This document shows, one piece after another, positions 46,001 through 59,563 of a stretch of DNA of 64,000 nucleotides. The stretch is from Acanthaster planci (Eukaryota): positions 2,462,646-2,526,645 of the forward strand of contig NW_019091355.1 in assembly GCF_001949145.1 (NCBI RefSeq). The letters run 5' to 3'. The position numbers and the translations under genes are program-made. Positions within the stretch are counted from its first letter, which is position 1, and the number at the start of each line of letters is the position of its first letter. The notes below the pieces were generated by a model that saw nothing but the letters and a program-made list of their open reading frames with translations, made no database searches and had not been told where the DNA came from.

Positions 46001-49000
46001 TGCTCATGGCGTCTTATCCAGGGCCAACCAAAAAAATGCACTCGGTAATCTAACCAATCAGCTCTGACAAACAGTGACGTCAAATAAGCCTGCTGTTTAC
46101 AACAAATCAATACTTTGCAGGACCAATAAAGTACCAAGGGTACAGGGTACCCAGTACCCTTGAATTTACCCACATTTTGTGCGCTCAGATTACGTGTACA
46201 CACAGTGGTGCTTTTTAAAAGATTGTCTGATTGCCTCTTTTTCTTGAAAGTAAGGATCCTCTTTAAAACTCTGGAAAGTTTCCATCTGAACAGTTTTTCA
46301 AAGGTCGGGAGTCTGTCCCCAGAGTTCTGCATATGTACAGAGTAGATCACTGTTAATTTTGTATCATATATATCTTAATGCCCACTATGGGAAAAGAAAA
46401 TCGTTGAGAGTTTAGGGAGGGTTACTAATCTAGGTCAGTGCAGATAACCCTGCAAGAGACAAGGTACATGTACATGTAGACTGCGTCATTGTTCAGTCTT
46501 TATCGGTGTGATAAGTGCGCACACTTGGTCTAATAACATCCCATCAACTCTTGAACAAATCTGAATTGCGCATTCGGAAGAGATGGGTTGCATTAATTTC
46601 ACACACAGTCACAACAATCTCAGAACTTCTCACAGCGACATATTTCTAATCGCACGGGACAAATTAATAGCCGATTCACAATGAGGATAATCATGTTATC
46701 GGTACACGTAGACTGCAAAGGTTGCATAATCAATAGAGAGAATGACGATATGAAGGACAAATCTACATGTATGTAACAAATCGTATAGGGGAAGGTAGTG
46801 TACAGAGTGTGTATGTACATGGACAGAGATTGATGTCACAGAAGTTGGACGGAGAAAGAGAGGCGGCAGTTTATGTTGAATTCCCAAAGAACTGTCTGGA
46901 TTTTTGTTAAGCCTAAGCACACAGATTCACACATCGAACACTGACTACACAAATGGGCAGTTTCAATAACACGTGTACACTGTACATGTGGGGACAGTGA
47001 AACCTCATTAATGAGAGCACTGTAAATGTAAGATTCTGCTTAAAACAATGAAATACATGTATTTAAGTGCCAATCCTTTTGCTTTTGTTTTCATTCCTGA
47101 AAATACAAGGTTCCTGTTATAACAAGATAATTTGCCAAGTCGAGAGGACCTCTTATTAACGAGATTTAACTGCATGTACTGTTCATGTACATGCATGTAC
47201 ATGAACATGTACGCACAATGCACATATACCGGTACACTGTACACATGGTCACATTATACCAACATGTACATACATATACATGTAGGTACATGTACGTACA
47301 GTACATCGTATGTACGTATATACAAGGGAGTGTGAGATTTTCAATAAAACTGTCGGCATAAATTATGGAACATTGTGGAGCAGCTGTGTGATGTGAATGT
47401 GCATAATTGACAAAATTTGGGTAGTGTATTGAACACCGTATTTGTACAGCCAACTTACTAGTACCAAAATGTGAAAGACCTACATGTACCGGTATATGTA
47501 CCTGTAAAGTTACGTGTATACATCAAGTACAAGTGTACGCACCTGTACGTGTGGGGTGTGTACCTACATGTACAACGGAGCACCGGTACCATACTTGCAC
47601 CTGTACATGTACCAGTGCATGTACCAGTGCATGAACTGTAATACGTAGGTAATGAGCAAGGTCTCAAATTCACTCCTTATGGAGTTCTGCCACTGCAGCT
47701 CAGCTGGGTACTCAGGGCCTGGCATTTCAACCTGGCCAGCAGCAACCTTCACTGGGGAATTCACACCAGTCTCCCGCACCTGCATCGAAATGTACATGCA
47801 CATGTACATTTCGTACGCAGTGTACATGTACGTGCACACGTTCATGGACGTGATGCGGTGGTTCCGTTCTGCGGGCTTTGGGGAGGGGACCCTGTCATTA
47901 ATTCTTGACAAAAATATCCCAAGAATGTCATCACGTGTACACGTGCGTAAACGCACCTGCAGTTTTGATCAAATCTCAAGCCGACCACGTCAATAAAAGA
48001 ATCAGATTAATTGCATTTTATTCCAGGTAAATTTCTGACTCCATTATTGTGAAATTAGAAGACTCATGCTCATGCTGAAGAAATCCGATTAACCAGTCAA
48101 AGCACTGTGCATTACCGGTACTTCACAAAAGTCACCAAAAGTTTCCCCAGAAAATCATAAATGTTTGCATTAATGTTTTGAAGCTAATAATACTGAAAGT
48201 GAAGGATTCTGGTAGAGTAGTAAGCACAAACGAACTAACAAATCTGGCTTCTTGGTAGTCCCTTCATTTGTCTATCCTGCCACTGGAAAAGATCTCCATC
48301 CTGACCAAATGACCTGCCTTCATGATATTCCCATGAATTTATGCTAAAATTGGCATACATTGTGCGTGCATATTAATATTATTTTATTTTGTGTTTTATT
48401 TGGTTCAATTTTTTTTTCTCAGGCCCTGTGCACCTCATTGATATCACAATACTAAAATGGCCGAGGCAGTTTTGGCTGAGTGATATTAAGTTACAGACAT
48501 TTGACACCATTAACGCAGATTTATTAAGCAATAAATTTCCCAAGTAATTTGGATGGACTGTACATACACAGGGAGACTGCCGAGTGTTTCATGTTGAATT
48601 TGCACATACATGTAGTGGTCTGTACCAGTATCTTTCAAGTGGTCCTTCAGATGTTAGTCTGATACGTGTAACTGTTGATCATTTGGAGACCTGCAAGGCC
48701 GCCATCTGTTCTGATCTGTAAAGCACCACTGTATTTCAGTGAAGGGCTTGTAGGACTTGAAATGCACGTAGTCCTATTGTATACCTGTGGCGATCGTAGA
48801 TCTGCTGCCAATCGTCTTGGCCTCTTTTTTAACATCCGCGGGAAAGACTCTTACCGTATCTTTCACACTCCTGTGGCACATGCATCTTTTTTTAAATTTT
48901 ACACAACCTTCAGCTCTACTGTTACATATCGTTGTACTTTGTAACCTAACCTTCCCTGTCAACCTTCAAAATCCACAGAGATCTTTTGGCCCATATACAT

Positions 49001-52000
49001 ACATTTACAATGCACAACCTTTAAGTGAGCAAACCAATCTCCAATAGAATGCAGTGTAACCTCGTGAATAAGAGCACTGTTAATACAAGATTTGGCTTTT
49101 AACGAGGAAATTTTGAGGTCCCAATCCTTTGTTTTTTTATTGTTTAAATTCCTGATAATATTATACAAGGTTCCTGTTATAACAAGGTAATTTCCCAAGT
49201 CCGTAGGACCTCTTATAAGGGAAATTCGACTGTAATTTCCAAAAACAGTAACAGAAAAACGTTCATTATAACTTGGAATCTGATTTTGGCCCATATTGCA
49301 TGCAAGGTTAACCCTAACCCTCCTCAATCCTTCACCTGTTGGAGGATTGAGGAGGGTTAGGGTTAATCTTCCAAGCCCGTTCCGTTTCCAGTGTCCCTTA
49401 ATACAGTTAGATGGACCGATACATTTGCCGTCTTGAGATCAACTCCGCCTGCATGCTCATGTACACGTACGTGTAATTTGCCTGGGCGAGTCACCACAAC
49501 TTTGTCTCAGGAGTAGAGTCCATCGTGGCTGCCTGGCATGACTCATAAGAATGATATCACCAGCCTCTGGGCTACTCAGATGATGAGAGGCAAACTCAAT
49601 GTACTTGTAGTATGCACGGGGCAATCCTTCATCCTGGAAAGTATACATGTACCAACTCTGTCTCAGTCTATACCAACAGTGGACAATGTACATGCAACGA
49701 TCACATGCATTAATAATGTAAGCACATTGACACTTTGTAATGTGGTTTCTCTGTAAGTACCATCCATTATCATTATTACGGTATCGTTGCTGTGTACCAT
49801 AACTCGCCTCCCTGTCAGCTTGTCCCATCCTCCCCTCTATTTCTCCTGCTTGGAATAGAAACGAGTCAACTGTGACTTGATGAGCAGATGTCATTTGAGA
49901 AATAGTCTGAAGACAAATGTTACTACCAGGCACTGTACATGTATATCATATCCTCATATATTGGCCTGTTAAACTTCCTTCAAAGGTTTATGCACGTATG
50001 GTACATGTACACGTAATGTCCACGTATATAAAATGCGTAGTTTGTCATGCAACCCATGATGCAGTGAGAACAGCAAAGGATTTTTGCCCTAATAAATTTT
50101 CCCACACTGTAATTGAATTGAATTATCCTGCTGCATGTGTACATACTCAATATAGTTTCCATATTTCAAAATCATAAAAGATGCATGGTGTACATGTGCA
50201 TTAATAGTACTAGCCTGTTGTATATCAAACAGTGCATTGTTTATATATGGGTTATAGTCTGTACATTTTATATTGTACACCCTTGGAGGCAGTATCTTCA
50301 TAATAGCTTCCTGGTATGCCATTTATGCACCCCCTCAAGCATGCTGAACACGACGAGCCCCAGTAGAAGCCACATCATCAGTGCCTCTGCTGCTGTTTGT
50401 ATAATGGGCATATGCATATTGTATTAGAGGCTTCAGTGACTTTTCCCCAAATGTAAATATGTTGGACAGTGTGCGCGCCATGTTATTAACCGGTGCAGTA
50501 AAAACGTTCGCTTGTCTTGCTTTGTACATTTATGCATGGGGAGAGGAAACTCGCTTGTTTTGTGTTAATTTCTTTCTTCACTGTTGTTCTCGTCCTTTTT
50601 TCTATTCATTTTCCATTTGGAACGGAGTGATGTACACTACAACACACGATGTAGTTAGTTCTCACAGGCTTACATCGTGGAGCTCTTTAACATTCCGTGG
50701 AAGGAAGACAGGCAGTCATCCCATTGTCTTGGTGTTGGTCGTCGTGCCAGCGCTCTTGCATTCAGCCGCTCCTCCGTTTGTGACTTAACCCTCGCCCTCT
50801 AGGCATTTTTGCAGCGACCCTCCCTGAGTCACCAGAGATCAAGCATTTTGCAGTTAGCCTTTGGTACTGCATGTAGCTACGGTGGCTAATAGAGGCCATA
50901 ATCCCTTAAGTTTTGGGGGCTTTTCAGGTACATGAATGTACGTATTTGTACAATGTTCATGTAGCGGTACATATATTCGTAAATATGCATTCCACCATGG
51001 ATGGTTCATGTACATCTATGGTACAAGTGTCCATGTTCCTGTACATGTACATACATGCATGTACATGTACATGCAATAGGCCCATCGTACAGTAGGCCCA
51101 TTGTACAGTAGGCCCATCGTACAGTAGGCCCACCGTACAGTAGGCCCATCATACAGTAGGCCCATCATACAGTAGGCCCATCATACAGTAGGCCCATCGT
51201 ACAGTATTGCAAAGGTACATGTACCGTACGGTACGTTACTTAGCATATTTGCAGTATTCATAGGGGTACATGTGGGGCACATGGAGGCCTGTGCACATGT
51301 GCATTGTACACTGTACATGCACCACTGCTATGGTACACTGGCTGTACAATATTGCACACTTGGTGTGCTTTACTGCAACGCACAATATTGCAGGCTATTT
51401 GGACAATATTTGAAGGGGGCATTCATCAGTGGGTATGCGAAGGTTGAGGATCACATTTTGAGCGCTGACATGTTTGAGACTCCCAGCTCTGTACGCCGAT
51501 GGGACATTGTGGCCAGAATATTTTGACAAACACAGTCGCATGATTGATGGTGCTATTCGGTGAAGAAGTCTTGTGTGCATGTCTGTGGGCTCTGGGCTGA
51601 ATATGAGCAGGGGTGACCTCAGTGGCATTTCTGTCTTGCGCCCATGCATGGGTGCATTCCTTCGCACGCGACAGTATGCCACAGGTAATAGGCCCTGGGC
51701 TCCGCATCCACATTGTACAGTTTGCTGGGGTGGAAATTTCATGTAGTCACACGTTCATGGACATTATACATGTACATATAATGTGTACGTGTACATAGCT
51801 GATTGTGCAGATTAGTAACTGTGACGAGGCAATAAAATAATGTGGGAGATAGTAAGGCTTGAATGCCACTTTCCAAAAAATGGCTTAAAGTTTAAGATTT
51901 AACTTGACGCCCGCCTGGTTTGCTTTAATTGATTGCAAAGTGCCGGAGTTGGAGCCAACAGTCATGACAGTACATAAAGGTTTTCATGGCCTTGCATATT

Positions 52001-55000
52001 TTGTACATTGTCCTCTAGACTCAAGTCAACAAGGTTCTTGTGCACTGTGCCGTGTAATTATGTACATGTAGTTGGATGCAAGTATACCAGCTTGGAGACA
52101 GTGACTGCTTCTTTTGAAGTGGATTTCTTGATATGAACCTGTTTAGTCAGTTTGTACATGCACAAGAACCTACCGTAAGACCATTAAGATAAATTGGGGG
52201 AGGAGGTAAAGGGAGGGATGTTGTGCCCTAAAGTTCTGTAAACATCAGACTTTTGTGGTAAATGTCACTAAGCCAGAGTAACCTTTTCCCAATTCATGTG
52301 TGCCGTTAAGTCAACCATGATCAGCCCTGGAAACTGTCCCTTTAATGCTACAATGTAGATGTACTCAGAGAATGAAAGACCTGTCATATGTGGGGCATTT
52401 TCCACTCATTCATGGTACCTGCGCCTTTTTTGTCTGAACGACACTGCAAATGTAAATGTACTTCTTCAGATCTCCATCAATTACAGACGAAACATGAACA
52501 TTGTTTGAGCATTTTCCTTGTCTAAATAATTCACCCTCCGATTACTTCCACAGTGTCCCTTATAAATTGATTTGCCTGCGTACTTAAAAGTTAACAAATG
52601 TGGCGCGGGGAGACAACAAGGTTTCTGCTTGGCTTCAATTCAGATATGTATATTCTCTAGGCAAGACGAAGGAAACTAGCTACAGAGAAAAGGAGATGAG
52701 CCAACAGTGAACAAAAGAGGAGGTCCACGGCAGAAATAAATCACTGAATCGTCGGCCTCTGTACATGCACGCGTACCTTGGTAGATGCGCGTTCAGAAGA
52801 GTCGAAGAAGATGCGGCCCTTCTTGAGGAAGCTCTGCAAATAAGGTGAAGGGGTGCCACTGGCGCAGGCTCTCCACAGCATCTTGTCAGGTTGAAGTGTG
52901 CCTTTCTCAGCAATATAGCAAGTTGTCCGAGGGTTTTAAGTGTCCGTCATTGCAGATGAGGCAAAATTACTAGAACCATCTGAGGTGCTCCTGAGTACCC
53001 GTACAATACATGTACGAGAATCTTACAATTAATAGACAAATAAATGTGATGCTGACACATAAATGATGCACATATGCTGTGTTCTGTGCACACATGAGGT
53101 GCCAGAACTACATGTAGAGCGCCACACATACTGGAACATGAACATGTGTAAAAGGCCGTTGTTGGTTCAGTTTACATATGTGTGCAACATGGGGTATGTT
53201 GGTAAGCTGCAAAGGTACACTTGTGGACCACTAAAGTTTCTTTGATCCAGTACGAAGATGTCTCTACAGTGATCATGCGTAGCTGCTACTTTTGAAATTC
53301 TGCAGTCATCGTGCTGGACATGTACCAGTGTGCATGAGCTTCATGTACTCTCGGATGGGGACATAAATTATTTTTTCTGTCACGAGTCTTGATTGACACG
53401 TAAGGCTGTTCTGTTTTCTTCTCATTCGTCATTAACTCAGAGTCGCCCATTAACATTTCCCATTTAAGCACTGACATCTTTTTTTGCATCAGTTTGCAAG
53501 AGAAAATACCCAATGCACGAAGGGTTTGCTTCTGGAAAGATGTGGGAAGGTTTCCCCATGTGTGGGAGAATGCAAAGGTTTCCTGGCTGACCTCTTGGTG
53601 GTGTGACCGTGAATCACTCACTCACTATTGCATCATGCTCTTGTGGTGTCTTGCCAAATGAGGGGTTTGAGTCTACAGTTCATGTACCATACATGTACAT
53701 GTACCTGCTGAAAGTGTCTTGTGCACCTGGCGAAGACCAAGACTTACAGCAAATTTGCGGCTTGCCAATTCTGACTCACACTTTGGACAGAATTCCCAGA
53801 ACCTTGCGGAACCATTTCCAAAGACATGCTGGAACTTTTGGTGAGGGAGAAGTTAATTATTATGGGTTTTGCCCTTCACACTGATGTAAATATTCATAAC
53901 ATTGTTAACTGAGTGCTGTCCCAGAGCTCTTAAAAACAAAATGCTCATGAGAGCTTTTACTGAACCAAACTTGAACTTGACAGTCACCCTTGTAACCTCC
54001 CAAGCAGTGCCCAGCGAGTGGCTTGGTTATGAGCTTCCAAGATCCCCCAACCGTTAAGCATGCCAAAAATGTGAGAATACACAACAAAAAAAGGTTCCCC
54101 CACGAACTATCACCTGTTGCTATGGAAACAGTATGGATGGGGTAGCAGACTGTTAGCACAGGAGTACCGCCGCTGGGCCCTATAAGCCCCTGCTGAGTGA
54201 TGGAGGAGAGAGGGAACCTCATACTGAACATGAACACGGCACTGATCAGCTTGGGAATGGTTCTGGTGATGAACTGCATGGGTGTCATGTAAGGCCAATT
54301 TTGTCCATAAACAACCTGCTGTTACAGACTATTGGCTACATATGCTCTGAGTGAGTGCATGGAGGAAGGAACACCCTCCATGGTGAGTGGGGAGCAGCAC
54401 AGGTGATAGCCAGACACTGTTCAATTTTTCGGTTGCTGGCTGTTAGTGTGAAAGGTGAAGGTATGGAAGTTGTCATTAAAGTTCATTTACAAAATGGGCA
54501 GCCTTTCTCTTGTCTTTTCTTGTATTTAAAAAAATGATGACATTTTCTCAATTTCAGTTCAGGACAGTCCCTCTTGTGTACATGTACATTGCTTTTTGAA
54601 GGAAGGCCATGCCTTCCATTGACCTCTCTACCTCTCCCAACCTTTCTACCTCTTCCACCCTCCCTTGGATGCATGCTTCAGGTTTGGCTCAGTAAAGAGT
54701 GTCTTTTACAATGTTATAAATGTCTCTTTATTAACCTGCAGATGGGATTTACATTGATATCACATTTAAAAAGGGAAACGGTGTCAATGCTCATGTTTCG
54801 GTACTTTGTATCACTGGTGCTCTAGCAACAAAAAATCTGAACGGTTAACGTTCTCTTCAGCTAATCAAAGCACATCCTCTGGAATGTACATGTACATGTA
54901 TGTACACTGCTGGACATGTACATTATGTACATGTATGTAAACGCACACAATACAGGAACACCCACAATTTGGGCGCTTCACAATAGTGCACCACCAAGAG

Positions 55001-58000
55001 TTTGCAATGCGTTGGCCAATCACAATGGGCGAAATCTGTTGACCCAGTGCACATTTGCAAAGGGTCGAAAGATTTCGCGCATTGTGAGTGGACAACACGT
55101 GCAAACTCTTGAGGGCGCACTTCTACAAAATACCCGTATAATGGAGTACAAGTACATGCACTTGACACATTCAAGAAAATTGAGAAATTTATTCATGTAC
55201 GTGTAGTCTCAAGAATTTTCACTTCCATGTGTATCTGGCTATACACTTCAGTGTACGTACATGTACTAGTAAGAGTACTTGTTGTGCATGCATTTGAAGC
55301 TAGCAAGTTTAGGCCCAATAAATAGTTATTCCTCGTGCTTCCCAATCTACGTGTACATGTACACATATTGTCATGGTGTGACCCTGAAGTTGGGGGTTTT
55401 TTTTGAGTGGGAAGGGGAAATTTGGGGAAAAAAGTAAAGTTTGAAATACAGAAAAAAATTGTGAATTGTGGTTTGAATGTGGTGCCAAAAGGTTCAAGAG
55501 ACTTACCAGTATGTATGTACATTTACATGTACAGTGCACCGGGTATTTCTGTATACATGTACATGTACAACTACATGTATACCGGCTCTAACCTTTGAAG
55601 TGTTGTATATATGGTACCGGTTTGTCGTTGGAACCATATTTAAATGCCACCCAGTCTCCCCGAATCAGTACAAAATAAAGCCAGAAACATTTTGGCCCAC
55701 CTGCTGTACCATACCTACAAGTGTACCCTGTCTTTAAGTGGCATCTATACGTAATGGGATTCTGAACTAATTTTTTGTCCCAACTACGCAATGACGTTGT
55801 GTACATACAGTACACTGTATGTACGTACTGAGCCCCCAGCGCATGTATAATGCAGGGAATTCACAGCCTACTTCATAAGTAGATACTTCATACCGGTACG
55901 TGTATGGCACTCTTATTCCTAATGGCCAGTAGACTCGTTCGTTTTGCCACTTGTGGCTCACAGGTCAAATTAATCGGGTCCTGTGTAATTACACACGTAC
56001 CTGGACCTTTTGTTATGACCTTTTTTTTTCTCCTCGGCCCGTAGAGTATCGAGAGAACAAATGAGAGTCGTATTGATGGATTCTGTGTGCACACTGATAA
56101 TCACGGTACCAGCAAATTACATGCTCTGTTTGTGAATATTTGACAGTTTTTCGTTTAATTTTTTCATCATGTGAATGTAGAAATTATAATATTTAATCAT
56201 AATAACAATAATAGTTCTCTGTGAAGTGTTTACAAATGTACCAGGAACATGTACTGTATTATATTTACAAGTATGGTTAAACCATAATAACAGGTCCTTG
56301 AGATGTACTGCTGCAGATTACCCTGTTATATAACAAGAACCTTGTATTACTTAGAGTGGAAACAATAAGTAAACAAATGGATTGGGACCTAAAAATGTCC
56401 TTGTTATAAAAAGAATGCCGTGTTAACTGTGCTCTTATTAATTGCCGTAAATTAATGAGGTTCGACTGTACTGTCGGGCAGACTGAATGAATTGTGAATA
56501 CTGTTGTACATGTACATGTACTTAGTACAGTTGTGTACTTCTCTCATAAATGCCCGGAGCTTCATGTACAGTGTAATTCAAGGACTATTTGGGGGCAGTT
56601 ATGGAGTCTTAGTAAACAGCTGCAGGCATACACATGTACGTGTTTGCATAACCAAGTGTTTATGCTATTTTCGTCGGGCCACATGTCGAAAATACTGTTT
56701 AATATGAAAGCCATTGCACAGCTGTTCCACACATGTACATTTTTCAAGAAATCGATCGTACATGTTGACTGTACTTTAGTTACATACACCTACATGTACT
56801 GGTATGGTACGCGGACAGTGAACATGTATTTCTGTCACATTGCTTCAGCTACTGTTTCCTCAAACTCAGCTGTAAATTTTATGATCTGCTGCTGACAATT
56901 TTTTTGTTTGTCTTTTCTGTGGTGTTGACTGCAGGATCCTCGATTCAATTGTGAAATCGACCTGCAAACAGGGTACAAAACCAGAAGTATGCTGTCTATG
57001 CCCATCAAAGCCCCCTCTGGGGAAGTGATAGGTGTGGCGCAGGTCATCAACAAGATTGGCAGTAAGGACAGGCTTGAAGCCTTCACTGATGGCGACGAAA
57101 AGGTAAGGCGCTTTGCCGACATGCACCTGTGCAGCTTCCTAAAAATGTTATCAAGAAACAAATGAGTGGGCGCAAACACTGGGAGGATGGGGCTATGTAT
57201 CCCTTCCCCTCTCACTTTTTTTTTTGGAGGTGGGGGACAAAAAGTGTATTTTGAGGCTAAATGTACACGTACATATAGACACTGTTCTATATGTGAAATT
57301 GAACTTTCCAACTGCCAAAATGGTGAGCCAACAATACAAAAAGTACCATTTTGATATGGCGTGTAAGCTTGCACATACATGTACATATACGAAACAAGGA
57401 GCATCTGGATTAAGCACAGTGCTACTGTTGAGTCATGTGATTTCCAGTTCCCTCCCAGGGCTGCCCCATTATCAAAGCATCGTGTGATGTTTTGTGATGT
57501 GATGCTGTATTCACCTCACAGCTGAGCTTGCGGAAAGTGCAAGCCTACTACCTCCCTCCCCCCCTAACACGGATCATGAACATGGCCTGCCACCAGAAAT
57601 AAGCCCATAGAAAAAATCCACTCTTGCTTGCAGTCAACCATGTGAACTAGGCATTGTATTTACTGGTTCACCTGCAACCATGTGAACTAGGCATTGTATT
57701 TACTGGTTCACCTGCAACCATGTGAATTAGGCATTGTATTTACTGGTTCACCTGCGTCACCTCTCCAGTCACAGACTGTGGTTTTCTGAAGTTAAGCTCT
57801 TGGTTACATTGTACCAGTAAAGTTCTTGGTTACCGTGCAGTTTATGCTTTAGAAACAGCAAATTCTCACGACAGAATGTTGCAGACTTGTAATGTAAACT
57901 GTTGAATATTAACAAACAAGAGAATAGGTTCAAGTGGAAGGATGACGAGGATGAAATTAGGGACCTGTGATTTTCGAGATTTACGGGAATAAAGAGACAA

Positions 58001-59563
58001 CCAAACAGAGACAAAATACATATCCCAAGCAATATTGATCAAGGGATTGTGCAATTTGTTTGGGAATGGTGCCAACAAACTTGGATATGATCCTACCATA
58101 CATGCTATGGCCAGCATGGCAGGGGTGTGATTTCTCGTTCTTTTTTACGGGATTGCAAAAAGTTTTGACCCAAATTGGATATTTCTCAGGCTTGTGCTTC
58201 GAGTACATTTTAGCATCTTGGAAAAACTCATGCATTTGGGAATCAATACAGGGTAATCGTAGCCATTTGTGAGTGAGTTCACGCCGTTTTTAGCTGTTGA
58301 AAAGCTGGGAATGTCACCATATTTTATTGTTGTCATGGCAACGGCACCTCTGCTGGATGTTTCTAGATTTTTCTTCATCCTTTCATCGCAACCCTTCCTT
58401 TCCTAGTCACAAGGGCAGCAGACAGGGAAGGGGGACATACATGTATCCCACCCCCACCCCTGATCTAAACCCGTTGTACAGGTGTAGCGTGTCATGGATG
58501 GTAGCTATTTTTCTGCTCTGTTTTAAAACGAGCTTGAAATGTTTGTAGAAGTCAGGACAAATTACCCTCTAAAAGTGTATCCAACACAACTACGATGTAT
58601 GAGCCATATACGCAACTTACCGGTAAAGTGGTTTATTGCTTCCCTGTCACAGATACATGTACTTTCATTGCCCATTCTATTACAGGATGGTACACGTACA
58701 TGTATGGTTTATGCTTCTTTTGCCTCATATTTTATTCTCTGAATATGTATAGGTATTTGCTCAATATCTCCAATTTTGTGGCATCGGCATCAATAATGCA
58801 AGGATCTATGAACGGGCCACCATGGAAATAAGACGAAACCAGGTGAGTTATTCTGGAGAAAGTGCCATTTTTACATGTACATGTACATACAAAGATCAAG
58901 CTGAAAGTAGACTTGTTACAGAGTTCATACATGTACATGTATGTAATCAAAGAAAGTCAGACAAATCTCCCTTTTAATATGCACACCGGTACCTGCAGAG
59001 GTAACTACTAAACATTGTAATGTGTCTCGGTGCAGTACAGATTGCATAAAAGTCACACATTTCAAACCTTTCCGAATCCATTTCATGAAACAGTATGAGT
59101 GGCCTGCACATGCTGTTCGTGATGAACTTGGAGATGATGTCTGTGTATGTATTTACGTCATACATGTATGTCAGTGTCACAGTTTAGAACAGTCATGATC
59201 AAACACAAAATGGAGACATCCAATTGATGCACTGTTCCCTTCTCAAATTGTGTTTTGTGGAGGTGATCACCCATCAATCAATAGCCATCAATCTCAACTT
59301 CCACTCATTTGCAGTGATGAAGCGTTTACGTCTGTCTTGATTTACGCACGAAACAAGAGACAAGGATTCTTGAAATGTTTCCACTCAGCACTAACATGAA
59401 TTGGTGTTTCTGTCTTTCATCCAAGGTGTTGTTGGAACTGGCCAAGGTTTTGTTTGAGGAACAAAGCACACTGTCCAACATAGTGCGACGGATTATGGAA
59501 CTGACCATATCCCTCTTGCGCTGTGAACGGTGCTCAATCCTATTAGTGGACGAGACATCTAAG
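42210..59563 (+). CDS. GAF-domain cyclic-nucleotide phosphodiesterase, PDE5/PDE11-like; N-terminus, GAF-A and start of GAF-B only (gene continues past the window)
   Basis: Exons 42210-43013, 56935-57102, 58753-58842, 59426-59563, all phase 0. [97 protein letters not shown] (NKFDE), [21 protein letters not shown]. Confidence 0.93.
43039..43503. mobile_element. hAT-like non-autonomous transposon with perfect 8-bp TSD
   Basis: CTTAGCTG at 43031-43038 and 43504-43511; ends TAGGGCTG / CAACCTTA; subterminal (C)GAATATTC(G) repeats at both ends. Confidence 0.82.
45521..45646. mobile_element. MITE family B copy (contains a 5-N gap)
   Basis: ATATGCAGCAAGG...TTTCTTGCTGGGTAT; flanks tCAAAATTTc / aCAAAATTTa. 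Confidence 0.78.
46995..47172. mobile_element. MITE family C (CAGT...ACTG termini, Tc1/mariner-pogo-like)
   Basis: CAGTGAAACCTC...TACAAGGTTCCTGTTATAACAAG...GATTTAACTG; shared with 49052 and 56270. Confidence 0.7.
49052..49232. mobile_element. MITE family C copy
   Basis: CAGTGTAACCTC...TACAAGGTTCCTGTTATAACAAG...TTCGACTG. Confidence 0.7.
49308..49366. repeat. Perfect 24-bp inverted repeat (hairpin)
   Basis: TTAACCCTAACCCTCCTCAATCCT-11 nt-AGGATTGAGGAGGGTTAGGGTTAA. Confidence 0.9.
51077..51206. repeat. 16-bp tandem repeat (TAGGCCCATCGTACAG) x8
   Basis: Directly visible. Confidence 0.93.
56270..56468. mobile_element. MITE family C copy, opposite orientation
   Basis: TAACAAGAACCTTGTA...TGGGACCT...GTGCTCTTATT...GAGGTTCGACTG. 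Confidence 0.6.
56935..57102 (+). CDS. PDE5/11-like exon 2 (GAF-A)
   Basis: [25 protein letters not shown]...GVAQVINK...FTDGDEK; donor GTAAGG. Confidence 0.94.
57635..57755. repeat. 40-bp tandem repeat x3
   Basis: CAACCATGTGAACTAGGCATTGTATTTACTGGTTCACCTG repeated three times with one substitution. Confidence 0.93.
58753..58842 (+). CDS. PDE5/11-like exon 3
   Basis: [30 protein letters not shown]; donor GTGAGT. Confidence 0.92.
59426..59563 (+). CDS. PDE5/11-like exon 4 (start of GAF-B)
   Basis: [46 protein letters not shown]. Confidence 0.93.

Noticed and set aside
52660..52850. Purine-rich exon-like stretch in PDE intron 1
   Set aside because: Stops in all frames from the acceptor, and the one plausible ATG-to-donor frame is phase 2, incompatible with phase-0 exon 2.
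57635..57755. 40-bp repeats (and the 16-bp array at 51077, 12-bp array at 32895) as CRISPR-like arrays
   Set aside because: Units are directly adjacent with no unique spacers, the context is eukaryotic introns, and there are no cas genes.
57925..58272. Possible mutually exclusive alternative to PDE exon 3
   Set aside because: No phase-0 AG...GT exon resembling the YLxFCGI helix could be built.
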